In this document: positions 1 through 10,883 of the stretch, piece by piece
Layout: each line of letters starts with the position of its first letter
How positions within the stretch are numbered: the stretch's first letter is position 1
Origin: Nitrospirota bacterium
GTDB lineage: Bacteria; Nitrospirota; UBA9217
Direction of reading: 5' to 3'
DNA length: 64,000 nucleotides
Assembly (NCBI GenBank): GCA_963751455.1
Contig: CAVVUN010000015.1
Span: forward strand, 64,001 to 128,000
Made by a program: the position numbers and the translations under genes
The notes under the pieces: model-generated
Databases searched by the model: none
Told to the model about the DNA's origin: nothing
What the model saw: only the letters and a program-made list of their open reading frames with translations

Positions 1-1446
1 CCGAATACTTCTACTACAACTATAAGACCGGTGAGTACGCGCCCTCGGAACGGCCCAAGTTCGCATCGGTAGAGGCGGCCAAGCCGATCGATGATCCGGG
101 GAAACGGCTCCAGGCGGTCATGTCCGGAACAGACAAGGCGGCCGTGTTCGCCTGGAAGAACCTTCGCGACACCCTTATCTATGCCTTCAACCGGATTCCC
201 GAGATCGCGGACGATATCGTGAATATCGACAACGCCATGAAGTGGGGATTCAACTGGGACCTCGGCCCCTTCGAAATGCTCGACGCCATCGAGCGTCAAG
301 AATTTCGTTATGCGGGCCGGAGCAGGACGGGGTAGAAGTGCCGCCGGGACTCAAGTCGATCGAACGATTCTACAAATTCGAGAGCGGCAAAGACTACTAC
401 CGTCTCCTTGACAAGGAATACCGGGAAGTACCGAGACCCGCGTGCAAGATCGGCCTTTCTCTCCTCAAGAGAAGCGGCGGTGATGGTGGAGAAGAACAGC
501 GGAGCCTCGGTGCTCGACCTGGGGGACGGAGTCTTCTGCCTCGAATTCCACGCCAAGATGAACGCCATCGGAAACGATATCCTTTCCATGGTCCACAAGG
601 CAATCAAGCGGGCGGAGCAGGACGGCGTGGGGCTCGTCATCGCGAACGAAGGGACGGTGTTTTCCGCGGGCGCCAACCTGATGCTCATTGCCATGGCCAT
701 CGCCGAAGGGGCCTATGACGAGATCGCGCTGACGGTCAAAAACTTCCAGAAGGCGATGATGGCGATCAAGTACTCGAAGATACCGGTGGTGGCCGCCCCC
801 CACAACGCTGGCCCTGGGAGGGGGCTGCGAGTTCTGCCTGCATGCGGACGCCATGAACCCTCATGCCGAGACCTACATGGGCCTGGTGGAGATCGGCGTC
901 GGGCTGCTCCCGGCGGGCGGGGGGACCAAGGAGATGGCGCTCCGGGCTATAAAACTGGCCGAGGAAAACGAGACGGATGTCAGCCCGTTCATCTTCAAAA
1001 ACTTCTCGAACATCGCCATGGCGAAAGTGAGCACGTCCGCGGCGGAGCTTTGCGGGATGGGCTTCATGCGCCACGGCGACACCATTACCATGGATACGGA
1101 CAGGCGAATTTTCGACGCCAAGCAGAAAGCGATCGCCCTGGCCGCAAACTACCGTCCTTCAAGGCCGCTCATCGACCTCAGGGCGCCGGGGCGGAGCGTT
1201 GCGGCGACCATCAAGTCCCAGCTCTGGAACATGAGGATGGGCGGACAGGTGACGGAGTTCGAGCAAGTCCTGGCCAACACGATTGCCGACGTCATCACCG
1301 GCGGCGATGTTCCCGCCGGCACTCTGATCACCGAGGAGTACCTGCTGGACCTGGAGCGGGAGGCATTCCTGAAACTCTGCGGCCAGAAAAAGACCCTGGA
1401 GCGGATCCAGCATATGCTGAAGAAGGGAAAACCGCTGAGGAATTAA
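1..1446 (+). CDS. fadN: 3-hydroxyacyl-CoA dehydrogenase/enoyl-CoA hydratase (FadN-like), 5'-partial, several apparent frameshifts
   Basis: Consecutive ORF fragments give [57 protein letters not shown] and the typical C-terminus [15 protein letters not shown]. Confidence 0.85.
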
Positions 1447-1482
1447 GAGCCCGGAACGTGAGCCCGGAACCAAAACTTTGGA

Positions 1483-1581
1483 ACCGCGAAGGCGCGAAGG
1501 ACGCGAAGGAAGGCAAAAGATTCTTCCCGGTTTAAAGCAGGGAATTAAAGATTTTCTTCGCGACCTTCGCGCCTTCGCGGT
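1483..1581. repeat. Periodic inverted-repeat element, CGCGAAGG family
   Basis: Perfect 18-bp IR ACCGCGAAGGCGCGAAGG / CCTTCGCGCCTTCGCGGT; arms built of 8-9-nt repeats. Confidence 0.85.
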
Positions 1582-1648
1582 AAATGGTTTTGCTTTTCAA
1601 GTTTGAGCTGAGTAGTTATGGAAATACAAACATCCAACGGAGGCTCTG

Positions 1649-2869
1649 ATGAGAAACGCATATATCCTGGCCGCCTACCGCACGCCCGGCTGCAAGGCGA
1701 AAAAGGGCAAATTAAAGGATGTCAGGCCCGACGATCTGGCCGCGGCTGCAATCAAAGGGCTGCTGGAGAGAACGGCTATCGACCCTCTGCTGGTGGAGGA
1801 TGTCATCATCGGGTGCGCTTTCCCCGAAGGGGAGCAGGGAATGAACATGGCCCGGATCGCGGCAATGAGGGCCGGGATTCCCTACCAGGTGCCGGCCCAG
1901 ACCGTCAACCGTTTCTGTTCTTCGGGGCTGCAGACTATAGCTTCGGCTGCGGAGCGGATCATGGCCGGGTTTGCCGACTGCATCATTGCGGGCGGCGCAG
2001 AGAGCATGACCATGATCCCGATGGGCGGAAACAAGTACAGCGTCGAATCCTTCTCTGGTCGGCTTCCTGGCCGGAATCATTCACCACATGGGGATTACCG
2101 CCGAGCTGGTGGCGGACAAGTACAAGGTTTCCCGTGAAGACCAGGATGTTTTTGCCGCAGCGAGCCACGTCAAGGCCGCGGCTGCCATCGAGCAGGGCAA
2201 ATTCAAAGAGGAGATCATCCCGGTCGAGGTTGAGAATTGCGCCCTGGTAAACGGCAAGATGAAAAAAGAGAAAGAGGTCGTGAGCATCGATGACGGCGTG
2301 CGGGGGGACACGACCGCCGGCAATCCTCGGAAAACTGAAGCCCGCCTTCAAGAGTGAACGGCACGGTCACGGCCGGCAACTGCGTCCCAGATGACCGACG
2401 GGGCCGCGGCGGCGCTGGTCGTCTCCGAGGAGTTCCTGAAAAAAAGCGGGAAATCACCTCTGGCCCGGTTCGTCTCCTTTGCCGTAAAAGGGGTGCCGCC
2501 CGAGATCATGGGCATCGGCCCGGTTGAGGCGATCCCGGCCGCGCTGCAAGCTGGCGGGGCTGAAGCAGGATGAGATCGGCCTTATCGAACTGAACGAGGC
2601 CTTTGCCGCCCAGTCTCTCGCCTGCATCCGGACCCTCGGGCTCGATCCTGGCCCGGGTCAATGTGAACGGCGGCGCGATCGCCCTGGGGCACCCCCTCGG
2701 ATGCACCGGCGCCAAGCTGACCGCCACCCTTCTCCACGAGATGCAGCGGAGAGGCGTCCGCTACGGCATGGTCTCCATGTGCATCGGCGGCGGCATGGGA
2801 GCGGCGGGGATATTCGAGAAGATGTACGATAAAATCGAATCCCGCGACTTGCAATCCCCCGGCATCTAA
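1649..2869 (+). CDS. fadA: Acetyl-CoA C-acyltransferase (thiolase), frameshifted
   Basis: Motifs [54 protein letters not shown] spread over several frames. Confidence 0.85.
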
Positions 2870-2952
2870 TGCCGGGGGTAATGCGCCGTAGTCACGCTGG
2901 GAAGTCGCGTTGTTCAATGGAGCTTCCTGGCTCCTGCCGGAGGGGGCTTCAC

Positions 2953-2984
2953 TTGCAAATTGTAAATTGCAAAGTGCAAAATTG
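2953..2984. repeat. 7-mer microrepeat (TTGCAAA)n
   Basis: TTGCAAA TTGTAAA TTGCAAA GTGCAAA ATTG just upstream of the fadE RBS. Confidence 0.6.
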
Positions 2985-2995
2985 AGGAGAATACC

Positions 2996-4775
2996 ATGAC
3001 CGCGAAAATATTCAAAGGGGCCGAGTACCTGATTACCGAGGTAACCAAGGACGATGTCTTCACGCCGGAGGACTTCACCGATGAGCAGAAACAGATCGGC
3101 GAGACAACCGATCAGTTCGTGCGGAACGAGGTCGTCCCCCACCGGGAGGAGATCGAGAACCACAAATTCGACGCTGGCCGTCCAGCTGATGAAAGTGCGG
3201 CGAACTGGGGCTTCTCATGATCGATGCCCCCGAGGAGTACGGCGGCCTCGAACTCGACAAGGCGACCAGCATGCTGGCAGCGGAGAAAATCGCCTCAGCC
3301 GGCTCTTTTTCCGTTACCTACTCGGCCCATACCGGCATCGGCACGCTCCCGCTCGTCTATTACGGCACGAAGGAGCAGAAGGAAAAATACCTGGAGAAGA
3401 TCATCAGCGGCGAATGGATCGCCGCCTACTGCCTGACCGAGCCGGACTCCGGCAGCGACGCGCTCGGGGCAAAGGCCACCGCCACCCTTTCCGCCGGACG
3501 GGAAATACTACCTCCTGAACGGCACGAAGCAGTTCATCACGAACGGCAGCTTTGCCAACCTCTATACCATCTTCGCCAAGATCGACAAGGAGCACTTCAC
3601 CGCGTTCCTCGTGGAAAGGAACACCGAGGGGCTGTCCGTCGGGGCCGAGGAGAAAAAGCTCGGGATCAGGGGTTCCTCCACGACGCCAGATCGTCCTCGA
3701 AAATGCCAAGGTGCCCGGTGGAAAACGTGCTCGGCAGATCGGCAAAGGGCACAAGATCGCGTTCAACGTCCTGAACGTCGGCCGCTTCAAGCTGGGCGCC
3801 GGAGTGACCGGGGCCGCCAAGCACGCGCTCGCCGAAGGGATCAAGTACGCCAACTGCAGGAAGCAGTTCGGCGTCCCGATCGCAACCTTCGGCGCGATCA
3901 AGGAGAAGATCGCCGACATGACGGCCGCGGTTTTCGCCTCGGAATCGCTCGTCTATCGCCTGGCGGGCATGATCGACAACAGGCTGGCGACGATTCCCAA
4001 GGACACGCCCAACTACTACGAGGTCTACCAGAAGGGGATCGAGGAGTATGCCATCGAGTGCGCCATCGCCAAGGTGTTCTGCAGCGAGGTCCTTGCCGAC
4101 GTGGTGGACGAGGTCGTGCAGATCTTCGGCGGTTACGGCTTCATCCAGGACTACCCGGCGGAGCGGTTCTACCGCGACGAGCGGATCAACAGGATTTTCG
4201 AGGGGACGAACGAGATCAACCGTCTGCTGATCCCCGGCATGATCCTCGGCGCGGCCATGAAAGGGGAGATCCCGCTCCAGCGCGAGGCGATGAAGGCGAT
4301 CGAGTCGCTGACGTCGCCCTCTCTCGATGAGTCCGGGGACACTGAGGCCTTTGCCGCGGAAAAGGCGCTGCTCGCAAGCCTGAAGAAGATATTCCTGGTG
4401 ATCGCCGGGAGCGGCGTTCAAAAATTCATGGCCGCAATAAAGGACGAGCAGGAGATCCTGATGGCCGTCGCGGACGTCGCCATCAACATCTTCGCCATAG
4501 AGAGTGCGGTCTTGCGCGCCGAAAAGATCCTGCCGACGCTGAGCGAAGCCAGGAAGGGGGCGGTCACGGCAGCGGTGAAGGTCTTTACGTTCAATGCCGC
4601 GGAGCGGACTGCCACGGCCGCGCGCAAGGCCGCCTTCTTCATCGAAGAGGGAGACAACCTGACCATGCTTCTTGCCGGGATCAGGCGCTTTACCAAATAC
4701 GATGCTACGGGTCTTCTCAAGGCGAAGCGGCAGTTGGCCGACGCCGCGATCGAGGCGGAGAAGTATATTTTTTAG
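2996..4775 (+). CDS. fadE: Acyl-CoA dehydrogenase (FadE-like, long C-terminal domain), frameshifted
   Basis: AYCLTEPDSGSDA, RKQFGVPIA, VQIFGGYGFIQDYPAERFYRDERINRIFEGTNEINR across several frames. Confidence 0.85.
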
Positions 4776-4793
4776 CAGAGAGTCAAAGTAGTG

Positions 4794-5014
4794 TCCGCAG
4801 ATTACGCTGATTTCACAGATTAAACGTAACTACTCAGGTAGCCGCTGTAGGGCAAGGCTTTAGCCTTGCATTCGCGCGGTCCGCGCATGTTCCAACGTCG
4901 TAGCAACCCTAAAGGGTTGCCCTACAAATGCTTTAGAAACGGACCTAGTAGTTACGATTAAACCAAATTTGGATTACAGGGGTTTAAATCCGCGCGATTT
5001 GCAAAATCTGCGGA
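4794..5014. repeat. Periodic IR element, CGCAGATT family, interrupted by a MITE
   Basis: Left arm TCCGCAGATTACGCTGATTTCACAGATT, right arm AATCCGCGCGATTTGCAAAATCTGCGGA. Confidence 0.75.
4826..4955. mobile_element. MITE-like element (130 bp) carrying a GTAG-type REP doublet
   Basis: Terminal IR GTAACTACT/AGTAGTTAC, flanking 8-bp direct repeat GATTAAAC (4818-4825, 4956-4963); internal GTAGGGCAAGGCTTTAGCCTTGC and GCAACCCTAAAGGGTTGCCCTAC. Confidence 0.75.
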
Positions 5015-5047
5015 TTAAAATCAGAAGTTTTTTGACAGGAGCACTTC

Positions 5048-7039
5048 ATGGAAGCAACGCGGGAAATTTACTGGAACGTCGGGCACGGCGTCATGCTGCC
5101 CATGTACTCCTTCGCTTTTCTTGCCGGAGCGGCGTTCCTGTACGGCTATTATCGCCGCCTGGCAATATACCGGCAGGGGAAGGCGCTGAACAGGTTTGAC
5201 CGCCTGTTCCTGCGCATCTTCCTGCTTCTGAAAAACATGTTTGCCCAGATACGCGTTCTTCGTGTCCCGGGCCCCGGCATTCTCCATGCCGTCTTTTTCT
5301 GGGGCTTCGGCCTCCTCTTCATCGGCACCCTTCTCATCATGGCCCAGGTCGATTTCACCCAACTCGTGTTCGGGTGGGTCTTCCTCAAAGGGACGTTTTA
5401 CAAGATCTTCTCCCTGGTCCTCGACGCGGCCGGCTTTGCAGCCCTGGTCATGCTCGGGGGGCTTCTCGTGCGCCGCTTCGTCGTCAAGCCCGAAGGGCTG
5501 GAAACCGTTCGCGACGATTATGTCGTGCACGGCCTGCTATTTGCCATCCTGTTGACCGGCTTCGTGGTTGAAGGCGTCCGGATGGCCGCTACGGAGCTGA
5601 GGAACAATCCCGGCCTGGCGATCTTCTCGCCCGTCGGCATGGTTGCCGGAAAAATTTTTCTCGATATGACGCCCGAAGCCTTGTCCCGCACTCATAAAAT
5701 TCTGTGGTGGGTCCACTTTTTCCTGAGCATGGGCTTCATCGTCATCATTCCGTTCACCAAGCTGCGCCATATCTTCACGACCTCCGCCAATTACCTTTTC
5801 ACGGACCTCGCGCCGAAAGGCAGCATCGCCACGATCAACCTGGAGGACGAAGGCGCCCAACAGTTCGGCGCGGCAAAAATCACGGAACTCGCATGGAAGG
5901 ATATTTTCGACGCGGATGCCTGCACCACGTGCAAGCGCTGCCAGGAGCGCTGCCCGGCATACGCAACGGGCAAACCCCTTTCGCCCATGAAAGTGGTAAA
6001 ACAGATAGGCGAGGTCGCGTTCACCAAACCGGAAGCGGGCCTGGTCGAGACTGTGAGCGAGGACGTGCTCTGGGCGTGCACCACCTGTTTCGCCTGCCAG
6101 CATATCTGCCCGGCGAACATCGAGCACGTGAACAAGATCCTCGAGATGCGCAGGAACCGCTCCCTCATGGAGGGGGTGTTCGCGGGAGACGAGGTGCGGA
6201 CCGCAGTGAACGATATCGAGGTGAACAGCAACCCCTTCGGCCTCGCCTACGCTGCCCGGGGGGAATGGGCCGACGGGCTCGACGTGAGGATCATGGAGCA
6301 GGACCGCGATGTCGATATCCTCTACTTCGCGGGCTGTTATGCTTCTTTTGACAAGAGAAACCGGGAAGTGGCCCGGAGCTTTATCAGGATCTGCAGCGCA
6401 GCCGGCATCCGGGTCGGCATACTCGGCAAAGAGGAGAAATGCTGCGGCGAGCCGCCGCGTAAGCTGGGGAACGAGTACCTTTACCAGATGACGGCTGCGC
6501 AGAACATCGAGCGGATCAAGGCGTACGGCGTCAAGAAGATCGTCACGACCTGCCCGCATTGTTTCAATACCCTCGGGAGAGATTACAAGGACCTGGGGCT
6601 CGATATCGATGTCGAGCACTACACTACTTTTATCAACGGACTTATCAATAACAACAGGCTTAAACTAAAACCCGCGACCTTTGAGTTTACCTACCACGAC
6701 TCCTGCTACCTGGGTCGGTACATGGACATAATCGCAGAGCCGCGGGCTGTGCTCAAGGCCGCCGGCGGCCGGATCGCGGAGATGAAAAAGTCCGGGTACG
6801 AGAGCTTCTGCTGCGGCGGGGGCGGCGGCAGGATCCTGGCCGAGGAGAAGCTCGGGACGAGGATCAACGCGGCGCGGGTAACCATGGCCGTGTCAACGGG
6901 CGCTTCCTTGCTTGTCTCCAACTGCCCGTTCTGCCTCACGATGCTCGAGGATGGAATAAAAACAAGTGAGGCCGATGGAAAGCTGAAGGTGGTTGACCTG
7001 GCTGAAATTGTGGCGGCAAGGATTGTAACTAAAACGTAA
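5048..7039 (+). CDS. fadF: Membrane-anchored Fe-S oxidoreductase (FadF / heterodisulfide reductase-like; ETF-linked)
   Basis: N-terminal TM helices, two CxxCxxCxxxCP motifs, two CCG domains (KCCGE, FCCGGGGG); adjacent to etfBA. Confidence 0.85.
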   Translation: MEATREIYWNVGHGVMLPMYSFAFLAGAAFLYGYYRRLAIYRQGKALNRFDRLFLRIFLLLKNMFAQIRVLRVPGPGILHAVFFWGFGLLFIGTLLIMAQVDFTQLVFGWVFLKGTFYKIFSLVLDAAGFAALVMLGGLLVRRFVVKPEGLETVRDDYVVHGLLFAILLTGFVVEGVRMAATELRNNPGLAIFSPVGMVAGKIFLDMTPEALSRTHKILWWVHFFLSMGFIVIIPFTKLRHIFTTSANYLFTDLAPKGSIATINLEDEGAQQFGAAKITELAWKDIFDADACTTCKRCQERCPAYATGKPLSPMKVVKQIGEVAFTKPEAGLVETVSEDVLWACTTCFACQHICPANIEHVNKILEMRRNRSLMEGVFAGDEVRTAVNDIEVNSNPFGLAYAARGEWADGLDVRIMEQDRDVDILYFAGCYASFDKRNREVARSFIRICSAAGIRVGILGKEEKCCGEPPRKLGNEYLYQMTAAQNIERIKAYGVKKIVTTCPHCFNTLGRDYKDLGLDIDVEHYTTFINGLINNNRLKLKPATFEFTYHDSCYLGRYMDIIAEPRAVLKAAGGRIAEMKKSGYESFCCGGGGGRILAEEKLGTRINAARVTMAVSTGASLLVSNCPFCLTMLEDGIKTSEADGKLKVVDLAEIVAARIVTKT

Positions 7040-7066
7040 CTGCTGACATCAAACAAAAAGAATTTT

Positions 7067-7163
7067 ACCGCGAAGGCGCGAAGGCCGCTAAGAAAATCTT
7101 TAATTCTTGTTTTAAACCAGGAGAATCTTTTGCCTTCCTTCGCGTTCCTCGCGCCTTTGCGGT
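7067..7163. repeat. Periodic IR element, inverted copy of 1483-1581
   Basis: Its reverse complement aligns with 1483-1581 across both arms and the loop (GAAGGCAAAAGATTCT..GGTTTAAA..GAATTAAAGATTTTCTT). Confidence 0.85.
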
Positions 7164-7203
7164 TCAATGATTTTGTTTCCCATTTATCCGGTTAGGAGGA
7201 GAA

Positions 7204-7980
7204 ATGAAAATTCTGGTCTGCATCAAGCAGGTGCCCGACATGGCATCGAGGTTCAAGGTCAACGGGGAAGGCATCTGGTACGACGAGACCGACCTGGCCT
7301 TCCGGATGAACGAGTATGACGAGTATGCCGTCGAACAGGCGGTGCAGGTCAAGGAGCAGCTCGGCAACACGCCCGACGTTACCGTCCTGTCCATCGGTCC
7401 CGACCGGGTCGTCGAAGTGATCAAGAAGGCGCTGGCCATGGGGTGCGACCGGGGAGTTCATATCCAGGACAATGCCTCCTATCGGAAGGATCCGTGGCAG
7501 ATCGCCTCCGTGATCGCAGGCTTCGCCCGGGACAAGAACTTCGACCTGATCTTCTTCGGGATGCAGTCCCAGGATAGGGGCTCGACGCAGGTCGGCGTTT
7601 TCGCTGCCGAAATCCTCGGCATTCCCTGCGTCACGACCCTGGTCGCTTTTGCCTTTGCGGACGGGGTCGTCACCGCCAAGCGGGAACTTGAAGGGGGCGT
7701 GAAAGCAGTGGTGAAGTTCAAACCGCCGGCAGTGGTGACGTGCCAGCTTGGATTGAATACGCCGCGCTATCCGACACTTCCTAATATCATGAAGGCCAAA
7801 AAAAAGGAACTCCTCGTATTTCCGGTCGCGAATTTCCTGAAGGAGAAGGAAATGATTGCCACAGCAAGAGCGTATCCGCCCGCGAAAAAGGGGAGCGGCA
7901 TCGTTCTTGAAGGGGATATAAATGAGATGGCCGCGAAGCTCGTCGGCATTCTGAAGGAGAAGACGAAGGTAGTGAAGTAG
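7204..7980 (+). CDS. etfB: Electron transfer flavoprotein beta subunit
   Basis: MKILVCIKQVPD, MNEYDEYAVEQA, PRYPTLPNIMKAKKK. Confidence 0.95.
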   Translation: MKILVCIKQVPDMASRFKVNGEGIWYDETDLAFRMNEYDEYAVEQAVQVKEQLGNTPDVTVLSIGPDRVVEVIKKALAMGCDRGVHIQDNASYRKDPWQIASVIAGFARDKNFDLIFFGMQSQDRGSTQVGVFAAEILGIPCVTTLVAFAFADGVVTAKRELEGGVKAVVKFKPPAVVTCQLGLNTPRYPTLPNIMKAKKKELLVFPVANFLKEKEMIATARAYPPAKKGSGIVLEGDINEMAAKLVGILKEKTKVVK

Positions 7981-8034
7981 TAATTCGTTATTTGAATTTG
8001 GTAAATGTGATGCATTCGTAAAAAGTCAAAATCT

Positions 8035-8156
8035 ACCACAGAGACACAGCCTGCACTCGCGCAGTGCACTCGTAGTCGCTGGCCGCAGGCGGAGACACAG
8101 AGAAAATCAAATTGGAAATTAAGCATTTTTCTCCGTGACCTCTGTGCCTCTGTGGT
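8035..8156. repeat. Periodic IR element, CACAGAGA family, containing a 43-bp insert
   Basis: ACCACAGAGACAC[insert]GGAGACACAGAG ... CTCCGTGACCTCTGTGCCTCTGTGGT. Confidence 0.75.
8048..8090. mobile_element. Small AGCCTGC...GCAGGC insertion element, copy 1
   Basis: Shares both ends with 33420-33554 and 37004-37042; removing it restores the host repeat period. Confidence 0.7.
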
Positions 8157-8230
8157 TAAACCCTATTTTTAGATTCTGTAATTTGATTTTTTGGAGATTT
8201 GATTTCTTTGTCTGATTTGGAGGATCGAAT

Positions 8231-9148
8231 ATGAAAGCACTGCTCGTTTGCGAATACCGGGATGGGAAACTGCTCGGTTCCACCTATGAACTTGCGACCT
8301 TTGCCGACAAGCTGGGCGCAGACAAGGCAATGGTCCTGATCGGAAAAGAGGCCGAAACCCCGAAGATCAACGCCAAAGTTTACCTGGCCGATGCCGCGAA
8401 ATACGGCGAATATAATCCAGACCTGCATAAAAAGATCGTGCTCGAAGCGGTCAAGAGGGAAAACGCGGACTGTATTGTCTTCTCCCACTCCTCCTATGGA
8501 TGGGACCTGGCGCCGCGGGTTGCCGCGGCCCTGAAGGCCGGCCAGATTTCCGAAATCACGGGCATCAACGAAGGAAAATTCGAAGTCGGACTGTGCAACG
8601 CCAAGCTGCGGCGGACCGTGATCCCGAACACGGGCAAGATGGTCCTAACGATCCAATCGGGCGCCTTCAATCCTGCCGGGGAGCCGCAGGGGAAGGCGGA
8701 GGTGGAAAAGATCGACCCGGCCGATGCTGTTTCGTCCGTCGAGTTCGTCGGGTATGAACCTGCCAGGGAAAAGGAAGTGGACCTGGCCCGGGCCGAGGTG
8801 ATTGTCAGCGCCGGGAGAGGCGTCGGCAAAAAAGAGAACGTGCAAACCATTGCCGCCCTGGCCAAGGCCCTCGGCGGCGAGTTGGGCGCGAGCCGGCCGG
8901 TTGTCGATGCAGGATGGGTCGAGCACAGCCGCCAGGTCGGGACCACGGGCCAGATCGTTGCCCCGAAACTCTACGTTGCGTGCGCGATTTCCGGGGCTAT
9001 TCAGCATATTGCAGGGATGAAGAACTCCGAGTTTGTCGTTGCCGTAAACAAGGATAAGGACGCCCCGATCGGCGAGGTCGCGGATGTGCTGGTAGTGGCT
9101 GATGTAATGCAGTTCGTTCCTGCCTTTATTGCAAAGCTCCAAAAATAA
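8231..9148 (+). CDS. etfA: Electron transfer flavoprotein alpha subunit
   Basis: VSAGRGVG, GASRPVVDAGW, QVGTTGQIVAPKLY, ISGAIQHIAGM, VNKDKDAPI. Confidence 0.95.
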   Translation: MKALLVCEYRDGKLLGSTYELATFADKLGADKAMVLIGKEAETPKINAKVYLADAAKYGEYNPDLHKKIVLEAVKRENADCIVFSHSSYGWDLAPRVAAALKAGQISEITGINEGKFEVGLCNAKLRRTVIPNTGKMVLTIQSGAFNPAGEPQGKAEVEKIDPADAVSSVEFVGYEPAREKEVDLARAEVIVSAGRGVGKKENVQTIAALAKALGGELGASRPVVDAGWVEHSRQVGTTGQIVAPKLYVACAISGAIQHIAGMKNSEFVVAVNKDKDAPIGEVADVLVVADVMQFVPAFIAKLQK

Positions 9149-9592
9149 TCCGGTCATTGCCGTGCTCTTATCCGGCGCCAGGTGCCCACCTGCCCACGGG
9201 CCCCGCCGATCTGTTCATTCGCCCCCTCGCCGTTCAAGCCGATATACGCATACGTCCGGGGATGATTGCCTCAGTACTCGAAAACAAGGTTGCAGCTTCG
9301 ATTACCGGGCAGGCAAGCTGTTCGACCACGAGCACCCGGAAGAGGACATCAAAAAAGCCCTCGCAAAACTTCCGAAAATATAAAAATTTTATCTGAAAGT
9401 GCTCCCTGCAGCTGCTGGCCGGGAGCACTCTTTTTTCGCCTCTCCCGCTGCTGCATCATGTCTTCTTTCGAACCGCCAAAGTAATATCAACCTCTTCCAT
9501 GCAGGCCCCCGGCGCCTTTGGTCGGATGATGTTACCCGCAGCATCCGATCGTCAGCCATGAAGGAGAAGGTAGCACGAAGCTCCTCCCTTAT

Positions 9593-9621
9593 TTGACAAT
9601 TTTTTCGGATCGATTGATAAT
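9593..9621 (+). promoter_or_regulatory. Putative sigma70 promoter
   Basis: TTGACA-17nt-GATAAT upstream of the AGGAGG RBS of 9647. Confidence 0.55.
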
Positions 9622-9646
9622 TGCTTTATAAGAAGGAGGTGCTTAT

Positions 9647-9880
9647 ATGCCGAAGCAAGAGAAAAAAAGCGAATCAGGGAAGCCCTCGGTAACAAGCATT
9701 ATGAAACATTTTCAGGGCATTGATTTCCCCGCAAGCAAACAGGATTTGATAAAGCACGCAGAAAAGAAGGGTGTAGACGATGCGGTCATGAACTTGCTTA
9801 ACGAAATGGCAGACCGCGAGTATAACAGCATTACCGATGTGATGAAAGAATACGGAAAAAAATACGAAAAAGCCGCATAA
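9647..9880 (+). CDS. DUF2795-like small protein
   Basis: GIDFPASKQDLIKHA...DREYNSITDV pattern; strong RBS. Confidence 0.75.
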   Translation: MPKQEKKSESGKPSVTSIMKHFQGIDFPASKQDLIKHAEKKGVDDAVMNLLNEMADREYNSITDVMKEYGKKYEKAA

Positions 9881-9889
9881 TAAAACGGA

Positions 9890-9918
9890 AAAAAGCCCCG
9901 GACGATTCGGGGCTTTTT
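9890..9918. terminator. Bidirectional intrinsic terminator
   Basis: AAAAAGCCCCG-GACGATT-CGGGGCTTTTT between convergent genes. Confidence 0.75.
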
Positions 9919-9953
9919 GTATATAGACGACGGAAACCGCAGCTTCGAACCTG

Positions 9954-10634
9954 TTATGTTTTTCCGCCCATCTTGACCATTTCAAGAGCATTGCATGCGA
10001 TAAGGACGTACCCTTCCGGTTCTTTAATAATTCCTTTCGTTGAGAGCAGCTTCATGCATTTCGAAACCGCCTCCCGGGAGGAGCCGATGCGGGCGGCAAG
10101 TTCCTTGTGCGTAACTTTTTCTGCTTTTAAATATCCCTTAACGGAAGGGTCCGCTTTTGCAGCATCCAGGAGCGACCGTATCAGCCTCTCGCCGACCTCA
10201 AGGAACGCAAGTGATTCTATCATGTCGTCGGCTTTTCTCAGTCGCTCCACGAGGGTCGCCATGAGCTCCACCGCAATCTTGGGTTCCTTGTACAAAAGCT
10301 CAAGGAAAACATCTTTGTGTAAAATGGACAGCTCCGTGTCCCCGTCCGCTATGATGGTCGCCGATCTCCCTTTACCGTCCAGAAGGCTGAGTTCTCCGAA
10401 GAAAGCGCCTTTTTCAAAATGGGCCAGCACAATCTCATCCCCTTCATCATCCTCAAGCACTGCCTTCAATGTTCCGGAATTTACGATATAAAGATCGGTG
10501 CTCAAGTCCGTTCTATGGAAGATAACGTCTCCCTTTTTGTAACGGCCGGTCCTGCAACGGGACGCGATTTCCTTTAGTTGCGCGCTCTTGAGCTGATCGA
10601 AAAGAGGAATGTTCTTTAGATATGAGATAAGCAT
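9954..10634 (-). CDS. Crp/Fnr family transcriptional regulator
   Basis: cNMP domain (FFGELSLLDGKGRSAT) and HTH (THKELAARIGSSREAVS); start placed at MLISYLKNIPLF. Confidence 0.9.
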   Translation of the reverse strand: MLISYLKNIPLFDQLKSAQLKEIASRCRTGRYKKGDVIFHRTDLSTDLYIVNSGTLKAVLEDDEGDEIVLAHFEKGAFFGELSLLDGKGRSATIIADGDTELSILHKDVFLELLYKEPKIAVELMATLVERLRKADDMIESLAFLEVGERLIRSLLDAAKADPSVKGYLKAEKVTHKELAARIGSSREAVSKCMKLLSTKGIIKEPEGYVLIACNALEMVKMGGKT

Positions 10635-10883
10635 GGATTTTCGGAGTATGAAATTGCTTGTTTCTCTATATGCAGCGAACCTTGTCCCGCTCGTTCGGGG
10701 CAACTACGACCAATTTTCCCGTCATTATTTCTATGGGCACTTAGGGAACGGCCCTAGGATAGCATCACCATGTACTAAAAGCAAGGAGTTTTGAACAATT
10801 ATTAGGGAAACAGGTGCGTTTTTCGACTGCGGCTTGCTATCCGGGTCTCATGCGGAACGAGAAATATGTGCCCTAAAAACGCC

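Noticed and set aside
9150-9596. Short ORFs after etfA
   Set aside because: No RBS or motif; possibly a gene remnant ending HPEEDIKKALAKLPKI, but not identifiable.
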